This document shows, piece by piece, positions 19,536 to 29,811 of a DNA stretch of 64,000 nt. Under the pieces are notes generated by a model. That model was not told the DNA's origin, searched no databases, and worked only from the letters and a program-made list of their open reading frames with translations. The first letter of the stretch is position 1. Each line of letters begins with the position of its first letter. Both the position numbers and the translations under genes were made by a program. This stretch comes from an uncultured Clostridia bacterium (lineage in GTDB: Bacteria > Bacillota > Clostridia > TANB77 > CAG-508): contig CAKOUU010000004.1 of NCBI GenBank assembly GCA_934120675.1, forward strand, positions 9,918 to 73,917. Direction: 5' to 3'.

Positions 19536-19715
19536 TTATTTTACTGAACCAGTATCACAATTAGAAGAGTTATCCATGAAAAAATAATCTGATATATTTG
19601 TATGTACATAGATTCTTCTTAACTCATCTACCGAATAGTCACTACCTGTAAATTTTTTTCATAATTCAGCTGAAATTTCAGCAAGTATTTTATTATTACT
19701 TAACTCTTTATTCAT
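19536..19715 (-). other. small ORF interrupted by an in-frame TGA
   Basis: RBS GAAGGA + ATG 19715. Translation is MNKELSNNKILAEISAEL-TGA(19661-19659)-KKFTGSDYSVDELRRIYVHTNISDYFFMDNSSNCDTGSVK-TAA. Confidence 0.3.
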
Positions 19716-19881
19716 TTAATATTCCTTCTTAAAAATATTTATTTTTAAAGTTACATCTATATAAAAACTTGCACCTGGCAAGATTGAAAAAGTATGCACA
19801 TATTCTATCACAAATTTATGTATAATTCAAGACAGAAGAAAAGAAGTCCGTCGAAACGAACTCCTTGCTTTACTTTTTCTC

Positions 19882-20118
19882 TTATTCATCACCATCAATA
19901 AATCCATCACCAGTATGATCTACTGGTGGAGCAAAGTATGACTGATAAATAATTCTAGCATCTACACTTTTTGCTTCAGATAAATGTTTTTCAAGTGATT
20001 CTAGTTTTCTTTCTGCCTCAATCCGTTTTTTTCTTTCAATTGAACGATCAACTAAAAGATATGCAATATCTAACATAAGAACTATTACTATAAATGTTCC
20101 TGCTAATGTAGAGCCCAT
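19882..20118 (-). CDS. small membrane-anchored protein with a C-terminal EF-hand-like loop
   Basis: 78 aa with RBS AAGGAGG, an N-terminal TM helix and a coiled-coil-like middle. The C-terminus DHTGDGFIDGDE fits an EF-hand Ca-binding loop. Followed by a hairpin at ~19838-19870. Contains an in-frame CGG at 20023-20025. Confidence 0.6.
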   Translation of the reverse strand: MGSTLAGTFIVIVLMLDIAYLLVDRSIERKKRIEAERKLESLEKHLSEAKSVDARIIYQSYFAPPVDHTGDGFIDGDE

Positions 20119-20135
20119 AATATCTTCCTCCTTAA

Positions 20136-20318
20136 CTAATTAGTTTGTGAGTTACTTTTGTAGGGTAAAATACATTTTTCAAATTTCAACTTATCAATAC
20201 TGATTTCTTGTTTATTTTTAAACTTTAAAATGTTATACACATTATTATATATAACAGCAGATATTGATAATAAACATAGTACAAAAATCATAAAAAAAGA
20301 AAATATTGAAAATAACAT
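20136..20318 (-). CDS. small hydrophobic hypothetical protein
   Basis: 60 aa, RBS AGGAGG, one TM helix. Confidence 0.5.
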   Translation of the reverse strand: MLFSIFSFFMIFVLCLLSISAVIYNNVYNILKFKNKQEISIDKLKFEKCILPYKSNSQTN

Positions 20319-20353
20319 GCTATCCTCCTAGAAAAATATTTATGAATTATTTT

Positions 20354-20545
20354 TTAATTACTATAATATATATTGTCTTTTAAATTATCACGTCCTACAT
20401 TAAAATCAGAATTATTTTGTCTAGTTTTTTCTTTAATAGATCTATCTAGTTCTTCCATTTTAGCAGATGATACTTTGATTTTTGCTTTAGGTTCTGTATG
20501 TGTTGTTGCTGACATATAGTTTAGTTTTACCTTTTTTAGAGCCAT
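20354..20545 (-). CDS. small hydrophilic hypothetical protein
   Basis: 63 aa, RBS AGGGAG, highly charged, no TM helix. Confidence 0.5.
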   Translation of the reverse strand: MALKKVKLNYMSATTHTEPKAKIKVSSAKMEELDRSIKEKTRQNNSDFNVGRDNLKDNIYYSN

Positions 20546-20786
20546 AAAATTTCTCCCTTAAAATATTTATTTTGATGTCTATAAGTTTCTCTATGTAAAC
20601 TCCAAAAGGAGATTATAAAAATTGAATTATGTGAATTATATCACGATTTTGCTGGAAAGTAAAGGAAAATCCAGTTATTTTCAATAGCACATTTGTATTT
20701 TACATAATTTTGTATTATACTATAATTAGTTTTTTGTAGTTTTAACCTTTTTTCACTCAAAGTAAATCATCAAAGTAAAAAATAAA

Positions 20787-20817
20787 AACTCTAATCAGCA
20801 TTTGCTAGGTTAGAGTT
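20787..20817 (-). terminator. intrinsic terminator
   Basis: aactctaa / ttagagtt stem followed by a T-rich run on the minus strand, after the stop at 20829. Confidence 0.6.
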
Positions 20818-20828
20818 CTTCTTTGCTT

Positions 20829-21071
20829 TTACTTCAAAATCCTCACAGCATATAATGGATTTACTTCTGATACTGCAATTATAAATTGAACTATATTGGA
20901 CGAATCTTCATTATCAGAAACTGAAAAAGTAATCATCTGTGTGAATTCTTTTTCGTTCTTATCTAAAAATAATTTTCTTTTTCCAAAATATTTCTCTGTT
21001 ATTGCAAACATCACTTCTACCATTCCATTATGAACATTTTCTCCATCTCTCCGTAAAATACAAATTTTCAT
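20829..21071 (-). CDS. hypothetical protein
   Basis: 80 aa with RBS GGAGG and a terminator downstream. Contains an in-frame CGG at 21051-21053. Confidence 0.5.
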   Translation of the reverse strand: MKICILRRDGENVHNGMVEVMFAITEKYFGKRKLFLDKNEKEFTQMITFSVSDNEDSSNIVQFIIAVSEVNPLYAVRILK

Positions 21072-21192
21072 CTTAATACCTCCATTTTAGTTAAAACATT
21101 TTGGTTATTTGTTACTACTATTATGTGATATTACACATCTACATATATTATATCAATTTTTATATACTATTTCATTTGTAATTTCTTCCAAA

Positions 21193-22440
21193 TTATATTT
21201 TGTTAAATTTCAAATCTTCTGATTTAGTATCAGTAAATTCTAACATTTCTAATCCTTTAATGACATACTCATTTTTCATAAAATATTTCCATATAGTTTC
21301 ATTTAAATAATTTTCTATCATTAACATTCCTATTCCTTTATCAATTCCTATGTATTCTCTTGCAAACCAGTCTTTTTCTCCTTCTAAATTAAAACCATCT
21401 TTAAAACCGTAGTTTCCCCATAATTTTCTAAATGTATTATAATAATATTCAATAGCTTGTATGCTTTCTTTAGGTGTAAATACTATTGAGCCAATTGCAC
21501 CACATGGAGATATTGTTCCATCGTTTTCTATTTCTAAATTGGTATCACATGGTTCAGCTCCTGGTCCTATATAACCTTTAGGAGAAAGACAAGCAGTTAA
21601 TCCCCAGGAATTTTCTCCATAAGTTTTAAATTTGCTCTTATTATCTATACAATATTCTCTATTTGCTTTTGTCGCTTTTATTGAATTTTCAAACCAATTA
21701 ACTCCATTAATATCTGTTAAATTTCTAAAATCAATCCATGCATGTGAATATTGATATGTAAATAATGTTCCACAATATGTATATATTATATCCTTTATAT
21801 CTTTATAATCTTTCTTTTTTCTATTAAATTCATAATACATACTTTTATCTATTGGATATGTTGGTGAACTAACTCCTAATACATACATCATTAATTGTTC
21901 AGCATATCCATCCCATTGTCCCCAAAATCCTTTTTCAGGTTTATATCCCATATAAAATAAATTGTTTGTTTTGTTTCTATACCAATTCCAATTTATTTTT
22001 TTATATAAGATATATGCTTTATTTTTTACTTCTTTTCCGAAATATTCACCTGCAGTTATAGCACCACATATAAAAATTGCTGTATCTATTATTGATATTT
22101 CACAATTCCATTCTCTTTTCCCTGTTTGCATATTTACAAAATGATAATAAAATCCATTTTTTCCTTCTACGTTATTTATAAAGGTTTCTAGTGTTCTGTT
22201 TACTCTATCATAAGCCTTTTTATATTTTATCCAATTATGTTCTACTCCGATAACTAATGCTGCTAAACCATATCCTACTGATGCTATACTTGCTATATTA
22301 TCAGCTAAAATTGTTTTATCTTTTATTAGTCCATAGCCTTTGCTTTTTTTATCTGTATTTGCTTCTTTAATAAAAAAATTATAGCTTTTCTTTAATTCCT
22401 TATATAATATGTCTTTTCCATATTTTTTTATTGTTCTCAT
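21193..22440 (-). CDS. glucoamylase-family (PF10091-like, GH144-like beta-1,2-glucanase related) glycoside hydrolase
   Basis: 415 aa. An (alpha/alpha)6-type pattern with SIASVGYGLAAL, WNCEISIIDTA, YAEQLMMY and CGAIGSIVF blocks recalls the putative glucoamylase domain. Confidence 0.5.
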   Translation of the reverse strand: MRTIKKYGKDILYKELKKSYNFFIKEANTDKKSKGYGLIKDKTILADNIASIASVGYGLAALVIGVEHNWIKYKKAYDRVNRTLETFINNVEGKNGFYYHFVNMQTGKREWNCEISIIDTAIFICGAITAGEYFGKEVKNKAYILYKKINWNWYRNKTNNLFYMGYKPEKGFWGQWDGYAEQLMMYVLGVSSPTYPIDKSMYYEFNRKKKDYKDIKDIIYTYCGTLFTYQYSHAWIDFRNLTDINGVNWFENSIKATKANREYCIDNKSKFKTYGENSWGLTACLSPKGYIGPGAEPCDTNLEIENDGTISPCGAIGSIVFTPKESIQAIEYYYNTFRKLWGNYGFKDGFNLEGEKDWFAREYIGIDKGIGMLMIENYLNETIWKYFMKNEYVIKGLEMLEFTDTKSEDLKFNKI

Positions 22441-22544
22441 AAATTATTGCACCTCTTAAATAGATTATACATTATTTGGAAGTATATGTTCAACAGGTAT
22501 TTTTTTACAAATTTAACTAAAAATAGATAGCATTTAATTATTTG

Positions 22545-23063
22545 CTATCTATCACTGCTACCATATTTTGCTAACTTGCTACATAGTCTTTTATTAATAA
22601 ATATTTCTATAATACTTAATCCTAATAAAATAAATTCTATTACAATTAGTTCATATCTCATCAATATTAATGTAAAAATAGCACTTAATATTAATGTTCC
22701 TAATCTTCTATAAACTTCAATTTTTATTATAATTTCTTGTTCATTATTTATTTTTGATTCATAATATAAAAATGCCGTTCCTAATACCAATACACAATAT
22801 ATTTTTACACCCTTTGTTTCAAATGTTTTAATCAAATTTTGTAATGAATCGGATATTAAACACGGTTCAATAGTCTCATAAAAAGATTCTGGATTTAGAT
22901 AAGCATTTAAGTAATAATTTAAAAGATTTTCTTCATTTTCATTACGATGTTTTAAATAATCTTTATCTTTATGAATAGCTAGTGTGTCATCAAAATCAAA
23001 AATTGCAACTTTTATACTACTTAAATCTATTTTTTTATTTTCCAATTGTTTCAATTCTTTCAT
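22545..23063 (-). CDS. HAD-like hydrolase N-terminal half fused to an unrelated hydrophobic tail (possibly truncated/chimeric)
   Basis: HAD motif I VAIFDFDDTLA and a cap region are present. After KGVKIYCV the sequence turns into TM-like segments instead of HAD motifs III/IV. Confidence 0.4.
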   Translation of the reverse strand: MKELKQLENKKIDLSSIKVAIFDFDDTLAIHKDKDYLKHRNENEENLLNYYLNAYLNPESFYETIEPCLISDSLQNLIKTFETKGVKIYCVLVLGTAFLYYESKINNEQEIIIKIEVYRRLGTLILSAIFTLILMRYELIVIEFILLGLSIIEIFINKRLCSKLAKYGSSDR

Positions 23064-23102
23064 TTTTTATTTTAATAAAATAATACTTCTACAAATTTTC
23101 AT

Positions 23103-24275
23103 TTATTTTTCCCTTTTTCTTAAATATATCATATAATAAGCTATACTTATTTGGAATATCATAAATAAAGCAGATAATCCAAACATATATCTTAATCCTA
23201 TCTCATACATTATACCACAAAGGAATACACCTATTGCTTCTCCTAAAAACCTTATTATATGGCATATATTTGAAAAACTTAACTGATATTTATTTTCTAA
23301 TCTGTTAATATATACAGCATCACAAATATTTTCATATGCTGTTGAAATAAATATAGACCAAGTAATTGCAATTAATGTAATCATTATACTATTTGATATA
23401 AATGCTATTACATATCCTAAAAATCTTATTCCAAATTTTATTGTTACAGTTAAATAATCATTTTTAGGTGTTAAGTATTTTAATGCTATAATTCCAAAAA
23501 CATCTGCTAGTAGTCCAATAATTAATAAGTAATTAGTCGCTACACTATCACTAAATTGAAAATAATTTGTAAGTGTAAGCATTTTTAGTCCAAGAGCTGT
23601 TGACATTGCAATTGTTCCGATTAGTGTATAAATCAAATACAATATTAAAAGCTTGTCTTTAAAAATATATTTTGATGAAATTTCTTTATATTCTTCTATA
23701 TTAGCAAAATTAGTGACTTTTATATTTAATAATACCAATAACGAAAATAGTAAAAAAATATTTGCTATAAGTAAACATGCATTATAATTTACAAATAATC
23801 CTGCTATACTTTTACCTATAAATACTCCTCCAAATAAAATTCCAATATCTCTAAATAAATATTCTGTTAATCTTCTTTTACTATATATTGTTCCTGTTTT
23901 TACAATAGTTGTTATTAATGGGTAAATACTTGTGATTATTATATATTCTGTTACAATATCTATTATTATTGATAATCTAATTAGTTCTACTGAACTTGTC
24001 CTATTTAAAAAATATAACCAAAACATATTTACTAATTTTACTAATAACACTATTACCAATGTATTTTTTAATCTATCTAGTTTTACGTATTTTCCTATTA
24101 AGCCAATAATTATAACACTTATAAATGTTCCTATACTTAATATATTGCTTATATTAGTAACAGCAAAATTATTATCTTGTAGCCATAGTTGTCTAAAATT
24201 TCCCCATAGTCCAACTGATATACTAAAAAAAGCTAACATTATTAATATTTGATTTTCATTTTTTATTTTTTTCAT
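23103..24275 (-). CDS. MFS-type transporter
   Basis: 390 aa with about 12 predicted TM segments and MFS-like organisation. Confidence 0.6.
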   Translation of the reverse strand: MKKIKNENQILIMLAFFSISVGLWGNFRQLWLQDNNFAVTNISNILSIGTFISVIIIGLIGKYVKLDRLKNTLVIVLLVKLVNMFWLYFLNRTSSVELIRLSIIIDIVTEYIIITSIYPLITTIVKTGTIYSKRRLTEYLFRDIGILFGGVFIGKSIAGLFVNYNACLLIANIFLLFSLLVLLNIKVTNFANIEEYKEISSKYIFKDKLLILYLIYTLIGTIAMSTALGLKMLTLTNYFQFSDSVATNYLLIIGLLADVFGIIALKYLTPKNDYLTVTIKFGIRFLGYVIAFISNSIMITLIAITWSIFISTAYENICDAVYINRLENKYQLSFSNICHIIRFLGEAIGVFLCGIMYEIGLRYMFGLSALFMIFQISIAYYMIYLRKREK

Positions 24276-24278
24276 TTG

Positions 24279-24866
24279 CTACTCCATTTCGTTTATGTAA
24301 TTATATATCTCTTTCCAATTATAAAATGTTTTTATTTCGTTGTTACTATTTTTTTCATTACTAATCATAATTGCTTCAATTCCGCAATTATATACGCATG
24401 AGCAATTACTTATACTATCATCAATTAATAAGTCTATATTATTTTCTACGCATACTTTTGCTTTATCTCTAGCATTAACAATTAATTTATCAAAATATAT
24501 AGAATTTTCATTTAGCCAAGTTTCACTTTGAATATATGGATCTTTATGAAATTCAGAATCTCTTGCAGTTATAATATATATTTCATGACCCTCTTTATGT
24601 AATTTTCTTATTATATCAGCACAATCATTTCTTGGAAGTGCATTGTTAGTAATTTCTTCTTGTATAGTTCCTAAAAAATATTTTAATTCATCATAACTAA
24701 AATCAAATAATTTCTGATATATGTTACCATTATTATATATATCTACTATCTTATGATTCTTATTTTCTACATTTTTATTAAGACTAATTGCATATTCTTT
24801 TGCAGCATTTGTTAATTTGTCTTTTATATCTGTTAAAGTATCATCTATATCTATCCCTATTCTCAT
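24279..24866 (-). CDS. HAD-superfamily NT5C-like (5'(3')-deoxyribonucleotidase family) phosphatase, copy 3
   Basis: MRIGIDIDDTLT (DxDxT), KLHKEGHEIYIITAR, IDLLIDDS, NWKEIY. Paralogous to 30822-31415 and to the N-terminus of 26786-28219. Confidence 0.65.
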   Translation of the reverse strand: MRIGIDIDDTLTDIKDKLTNAAKEYAISLNKNVENKNHKIVDIYNNGNIYQKLFDFSYDELKYFLGTIQEEITNNALPRNDCADIIRKLHKEGHEIYIITARDSEFHKDPYIQSETWLNENSIYFDKLIVNARDKAKVCVENNIDLLIDDSISNCSCVYNCGIEAIMISNEKNSNNEIKTFYNWKEIYNYINEME

Positions 24867-24986
24867 TTATTTACTCCTAATTTTTATATTTCAAATGCAT
24901 ATCCATCTTCTACAACTAAGACATTATTTATCTCATCACTCTTCAATTTTTCTCTAGTTTTATCTCTCAAATGAATGGCAATGATT

Positions 24987-26156
24987 TTATTTCATTTCCA
25001 TATTAATTTTATTTTTTTCAATTATATACTGTGTAGATACTAGTTGATATATAACTGAAACTGCTAGTCCAATTGATGTGCAAAATGGAGATGATATAAA
25101 AGAACAAAAAATTCTAATTATATTGGCAATTTGTTTACTGATAGTTGCTTTTACAGCAGAATGTTCAAGTTGTATGTATGTTAATTTTGTTAAATAAATT
25201 GGATACATATATAAACTTACCAATTCTATACTTACTATGATTGATGTTGCCATTATATCTACCTTATAACTTGGATATAATATAATACCCATTATAATAC
25301 TTGATATAATTAACAAATATACTAATTTTCTACTATTTTTTATATGTTCTTTATATGAAAATTCTTTTTTAGTAATATCAATTTGTGCTACTGTTTTTAT
25401 TGCATAAGCAATATCCCATTGAGTATCTGTTATTAAAGTTGCAAATGATGTTGCTAAAATATATTTTTCACCAAAATCAAATGAATTTTTAAAACCAAAC
25501 AAATAAATTATAAACATACTAATTTCCGCAAACAAATATACAGAATCATATTTAATACAATTTACTATATTAATTTTAAATTTTGTTTTTTCTACTATTC
25601 TAAACATCATAATAACAACAAAAATACTCATACATATTACTGAAATTCCAACAATTTTTATTTGTTCTTTTGTTATTAAACTCATTATAATTAATGAAGA
25701 AAAATTTATTAAATTGAATAGCAAACTATATTTGTTAGCTCTTTTATTTTCTTCTTCAAAATACAACTTACACAAAGATAAATTTAATAATAATTGAAAA
25801 AACATTTGAATAACAGCATATACTCCAAATATTTTATATGTATCAATATCCATGTTCATAAAAGTTATATATTTATCTATGTTTATTGCAACGCATCCTA
25901 GTATTATCAATCCTATACCAGAACCCAATACCACCCCAGAAAAAACACTATTTTTATTTTTATCTCTAATTGAACTTATATTAGCACCTGTTCCAAAAAC
26001 ACTTTGTATTGCACTTACAACAAATTGCATCGGATATATTAATGAAAATATATTGATTAAATTTTTATCCACTAATATTCCAAGTAAAAACCATCCTAAA
26101 ATTGGAGTTACAGATGTTAAAAATGTATCAAAACCTATTCTTAATAATCTATTCAT
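24987..26156 (-). CDS. polytopic membrane protein, MOP/MATE-flippase-like
   Basis: 389 aa with 10-12 TM helices. Family assignment is tentative. Confidence 0.45.
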   Translation of the reverse strand: MNRLLRIGFDTFLTSVTPILGWFLLGILVDKNLINIFSLIYPMQFVVSAIQSVFGTGANISSIRDKNKNSVFSGVVLGSGIGLIILGCVAINIDKYITFMNMDIDTYKIFGVYAVIQMFFQLLLNLSLCKLYFEEENKRANKYSLLFNLINFSSLIIMSLITKEQIKIVGISVICMSIFVVIMMFRIVEKTKFKINIVNCIKYDSVYLFAEISMFIIYLFGFKNSFDFGEKYILATSFATLITDTQWDIAYAIKTVAQIDITKKEFSYKEHIKNSRKLVYLLIISSIIMGIILYPSYKVDIMATSIIVSIELVSLYMYPIYLTKLTYIQLEHSAVKATISKQIANIIRIFCSFISSPFCTSIGLAVSVIYQLVSTQYIIEKNKINMEMK

Positions 26157-26173
26157 TTTATTTCTCCAATTTA

Positions 26174-26782
26174 CTATAAATTATTCTTTATTTCTGGAAA
26201 TAAATCATAAAGATTATATCCTAATAAACTGTCAAAATATTCTTTTAATTTCATAGTTTGTTCTATGTGATAATGTGTTTTAGCAAATACGCCATGTCTT
26301 AGTAATAAATCTATCATTCTTTTTTCAACAGTTAATGTTTTAGTTGTACACATTAAATCACAAAGGCTTATTATTTTTTCTTCCAAACTATATTCATTCT
26401 TTATATATTCTTTCACAAAATTATAATGTATATTAGATTTGTCTGTTTCATTTCTATCATTTGATATGCAGTCTATATCATTATTTAAAAAAGAATGTTT
26501 AATACAAATTCCTGCGTATTCTTCATCATACCCAAGACTTTTTATATAGTTATAACCATTTATAGCATGAGGAAATACTCCTCCATGCTCATTAAATTTT
26601 TTTCCTATATCATGAATATAACCAAATGATATTACCTTATCAATATCTACATTTATGCCTTTATCTTTTAATGCCTTTGCGATTTTACCTGCACTATTTC
26701 CTACACATATGCAATGGTCAATCCATCTATTATTTCTCTCTTTTTCTAATAAATTTCTTGCTTCTTCACTTGTTAATTTCAT
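26174..26782 (-). CDS. HD-domain phosphohydrolase
   Basis: 202 aa with an H...HD signature (HCICV...YIHDIGK...H). Confidence 0.65.
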   Translation of the reverse strand: MKLTSEEARNLLEKERNNRWIDHCICVGNSAGKIAKALKDKGINVDIDKVISFGYIHDIGKKFNEHGGVFPHAINGYNYIKSLGYDEEYAGICIKHSFLNNDIDCISNDRNETDKSNIHYNFVKEYIKNEYSLEEKIISLCDLMCTTKTLTVEKRMIDLLLRHGVFAKTHYHIEQTMKLKEYFDSLLGYNLYDLFPEIKNNL

Positions 26783-26785
26783 AAA

Positions 26786-28219
26786 TCATTCTCCTAGTTT
26801 CTTAAATAAATTTTCATATATTTTATCTCTATCTAATTTAGTAACAAAAGTAATAATATGTCTATTATCAGTCAATTCGTAAGAACTATCTTCTCTGATA
26901 TTAGGACAACTTATTTCTTTTGTATTAAACCAATTTTTATTTATCATATATGCTATTACTGATATATCCCAAATCACTCTTGTTTCTTGCGCACCATGAT
27001 ATCCATCATTATAAAATCTTTCAATTAAATAATTGCACAATTTTGATTTATTTTCCAAATTATTTTTTAAAGTATTTATATCTATTTTCAAGTCTGATAC
27101 AACATTTTTGCATGGTAATATAGTCATTTTTACTTTTGAATTGAATACTATTTTTACTGCTTCAATATCCTGTTTAAAATTATATTCAAGATTATCTTTA
27201 TATCCTAGTTCATTTCCACCTAACCATATAACTTCTATTTTATCAATTATTTTAGGTTCTTTCTTAATTGCTAAAGCAACATTTGTAATTGCTCCAATTG
27301 CTAAAATATATGTCTTTTTATTTTTACTTGCAATTTCTATAATTTTATTTACAGCGTCATTAGTTTCATCATATCCATTTTGTATATACTCCATTGAACC
27401 TTTAAATACTTTATTATTTATGTTAAAATTTAACCATTTGCATATTTTTAAAATTTCGTTATAACTTAATTCTTGTCCTTCTCTTACTGACACATTTCTT
27501 GATTTATGTGAATATGGTGCTACTGTAATTGCTTCAATATTAAATTTATCTTGATTTTTCAATAAATACGCTAGTGCAAATTGGTCATCACATTCATTAT
27601 ATGTGTCTGTATCTAATATTACATTTACTTTTTCTTTTTTATAATTTGTAATAAATTCATAAATTTCTTTCCAATTGTAAATTCTTGTTATTTCTGTTGC
27701 ATATCTATTAGACGGCTTGTCCATTATAAGTGTAGTAATATTTTTTTGAAAACATTCTCTACAAATTCTGGCTGAATCATCTATCATTACATCAATGTCA
27801 TTTTCTAAACATTTTTCTGCCTTACCTTGTTTTCCATTTTTATATCCGTTTGTGAATATTAATTTATCATATACTATTCCTTTTTCTTTTAGCCATTTTT
27901 TTGTTATAGTATATGGATCTTTATATTCTCCATTATCTCTACCTGTAATAATTACTATTGTATGTCCATCTTTTTTTAGTTTTTCAATATATTCTTTTGC
28001 ACCTTCAATTATATCTAGACTAGGAGTTATTCTTCCTATATTTTCTAAATAAAATGTCCATATTTCATCATCAGTCCAGTCAAACATTCCTTTTGTCATA
28101 TATGCTTCTGGGTTAATTATTCCTGTATTTCTTAGTTCTTTGTCATGTATTAAAAATTCTTTTTTTAATACTTCATCAAAGTTTGATATTACATTATCTA
28201 TATCTATTCCTATGTTCAT
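26786..28219 (-). CDS. fusion of an NT5C-like HAD phosphatase with an inosine-uridine-preferring nucleoside hydrolase domain
   Basis: The N-terminal 190 aa are paralogous to the other NT5C-like copies (MNIGIDIDNV, KDGHTIVIITGR, IDVMIDDS, NWKEIY). The C-terminal domain has the ILDTDTYNECDDQFAL (DxDxxxDD) and AIGAITNVALA motifs of the IUNH family. Confidence 0.7.
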   Translation of the reverse strand: MNIGIDIDNVISNFDEVLKKEFLIHDKELRNTGIINPEAYMTKGMFDWTDDEIWTFYLENIGRITPSLDIIEGAKEYIEKLKKDGHTIVIITGRDNGEYKDPYTITKKWLKEKGIVYDKLIFTNGYKNGKQGKAEKCLENDIDVMIDDSARICRECFQKNITTLIMDKPSNRYATEITRIYNWKEIYEFITNYKKEKVNVILDTDTYNECDDQFALAYLLKNQDKFNIEAITVAPYSHKSRNVSVREGQELSYNEILKICKWLNFNINNKVFKGSMEYIQNGYDETNDAVNKIIEIASKNKKTYILAIGAITNVALAIKKEPKIIDKIEVIWLGGNELGYKDNLEYNFKQDIEAVKIVFNSKVKMTILPCKNVVSDLKIDINTLKNNLENKSKLCNYLIERFYNDGYHGAQETRVIWDISVIAYMINKNWFNTKEISCPNIREDSSYELTDNRHIITFVTKLDRDKIYENLFKKLGE

Positions 28220-28223
28220 ATTC

Positions 28224-29030
28224 TTAACTCCCTGTACTTCTATATTTATTTAGTGCCCAATTCCAAACTTTAATAGCAATTATCCATAAGATTACCATTA
28301 TAATTGGAGATAAATAAATCATATATTTATCCATTCCTAAATAATTCATCGTTGGATGATATGCAACAAACGCAAATGGTAAAACTACTGTTATTAGTAG
28401 TTTAATAAATCCGTTATATATATCAATTGGATATTGTGCAAATGTATGTATTCTGTAAAATGTCCATATTACTTCATTAGACTTATATGTCCAAAATGAT
28501 GCAATACTAAATATAGTTAATATAGCTCCAATAATTGCAGCCCCAATAATACTAAATACAACTATTTTTAAAACAAGGAAAAATGTAATTGGAATAGATA
28601 ACTCTATTAACATTTTTATTGCTATAAATAATCCTAATCCAAAATATCCAATAGCTGTAAAACTTTTTGAACTCCCTATTATTGAAATTAGTGGATGAAC
28701 TGGTCTTAATAAGATTTTATCAAATTCTCCATCTCTAATGTATTTTGGTCCTATATCATATAATGAATCAAAACATAAGTCCAGAATTCCAATTGATATC
28801 AATGTTGTACCATATAATAAAAGTACTTGTTTAAAGTTCCAGCCTGCAAGATTTTCTGTATTTTGAAATGTAATCCAAATAAATATAACTTCTACTGCTT
28901 GAGTAACTATTTGTGAAATCATACCGGTTAAACAATCTATTCTATATATTAGTAGTTCTTTTAAAGATGCTACGAAAAATGATAAGTACAATTTAATATT
29001 GTCAAATACTCTTCTCATTTTATCCTCCAT
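28224..29030 (-). CDS. ABC-2 family transporter permease
   Basis: 268 aa, 6 TM helices, overlaps the upstream permease gene. Confidence 0.6.
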   Translation of the reverse strand: MEDKMRRVFDNIKLYLSFFVASLKELLIYRIDCLTGMISQIVTQAVEVIFIWITFQNTENLAGWNFKQVLLLYGTTLISIGILDLCFDSLYDIGPKYIRDGEFDKILLRPVHPLISIIGSSKSFTAIGYFGLGLFIAIKMLIELSIPITFFLVLKIVVFSIIGAAIIGAILTIFSIASFWTYKSNEVIWTFYRIHTFAQYPIDIYNGFIKLLITVVLPFAFVAYHPTMNYLGMDKYMIYLSPIIMVILWIIAIKVWNWALNKYRSTGS

Positions 29031-29811
29031 TTATTGTTATTTTCTTTACTGAATATTTAAAAAATGCTTTTGATATTGCATATAAAATCAATGACCATAA
29101 TATTAATTTTAATATTATAAATCCTATTTCATTCAAAGGAATATTTCCTAAATAAATATTTATAGGAGTATATATAAATTCTTTAAATGGAAGTATATTT
29201 GCAATTTTTTGAAACCATTCAGGAAATAATGTAAGTGGTGCAATTAATCCTGAAAAAATTGATATAATTGATTGCCTTAAAATTTGCATTCCCCATATTG
29301 AGTTCGTATAAAAGCCAATTGTTCCAACTATCATTTGTATAAAAAATGATATTGGAAGTATAAGTATTATTACAAATATAAATAATAAAAAATTTATAAA
29401 ACTTACAGGAAGTTGTACACTCCAAAAAAATGAACATATTATAAATGTTGCTATTGAGATTGGAATTGCATATCCAATTTCTCCCATATATAATCCAAAA
29501 CAATATTTAAAATATGATATTGGACTTAATAATTCTTTATTTAATTGACCTTTTCTAATTGACTCTGCAATATCTTCATTTATTCCCCACGTTGCTATTG
29601 CTTTTATCGAAATAACTAAAATATAATATGTAACCATATATTCTATACTATATCCACCTGCATTACCTGTTTGATAATATATTGCTTGCCATACAAAAAT
29701 ATAAACAACAACTTCTACTATTCTATTTAATGTCCATAAAAAGAAATTGGATTTATAAATAGAATATTGTTTAAAATGTACTCGTGCTAATGCTAACCAT
29801 GTTTCTAACAT
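29020..29811 (-). CDS. ABC-2 family transporter permease
   Basis: 263 aa, 6 TM helices, overlaps the ATPase gene by 7 nt. Confidence 0.6.
   Translation of the reverse strand: MLETWLALARVHFKQYSIYKSNFFLWTLNRIVEVVVYIFVWQAIYYQTGNAGGYSIEYMVTYYILVISIKAIATWGINEDIAESIRKGQLNKELLSPISYFKYCFGLYMGEIGYAIPISIATFIICSFFWSVQLPVSFINFLLFIFVIILILPISFFIQMIVGTIGFYTNSIWGMQILRQSIISIFSGLIAPLTLFPEWFQKIANILPFKEFIYTPINIYLGNIPLNEIGFIILKLILWSLILYAISKAFFKYSVKKITINGG

Noticed and set aside
19659-19661. The in-frame TGA as a sign of genetic code 4/25 (TGA as a sense codon) or selenocysteine.
   Set aside because: Long conserved genes (mutS, ftsH, lysS and others) are uninterrupted under code 11. TGA serves as the genuine stop at tightly packed gene ends (12422-12424, and 26786-26788 followed 3 nt later by the next start). 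TGG encodes Trp throughout. No SECIS-like hairpin was seen.
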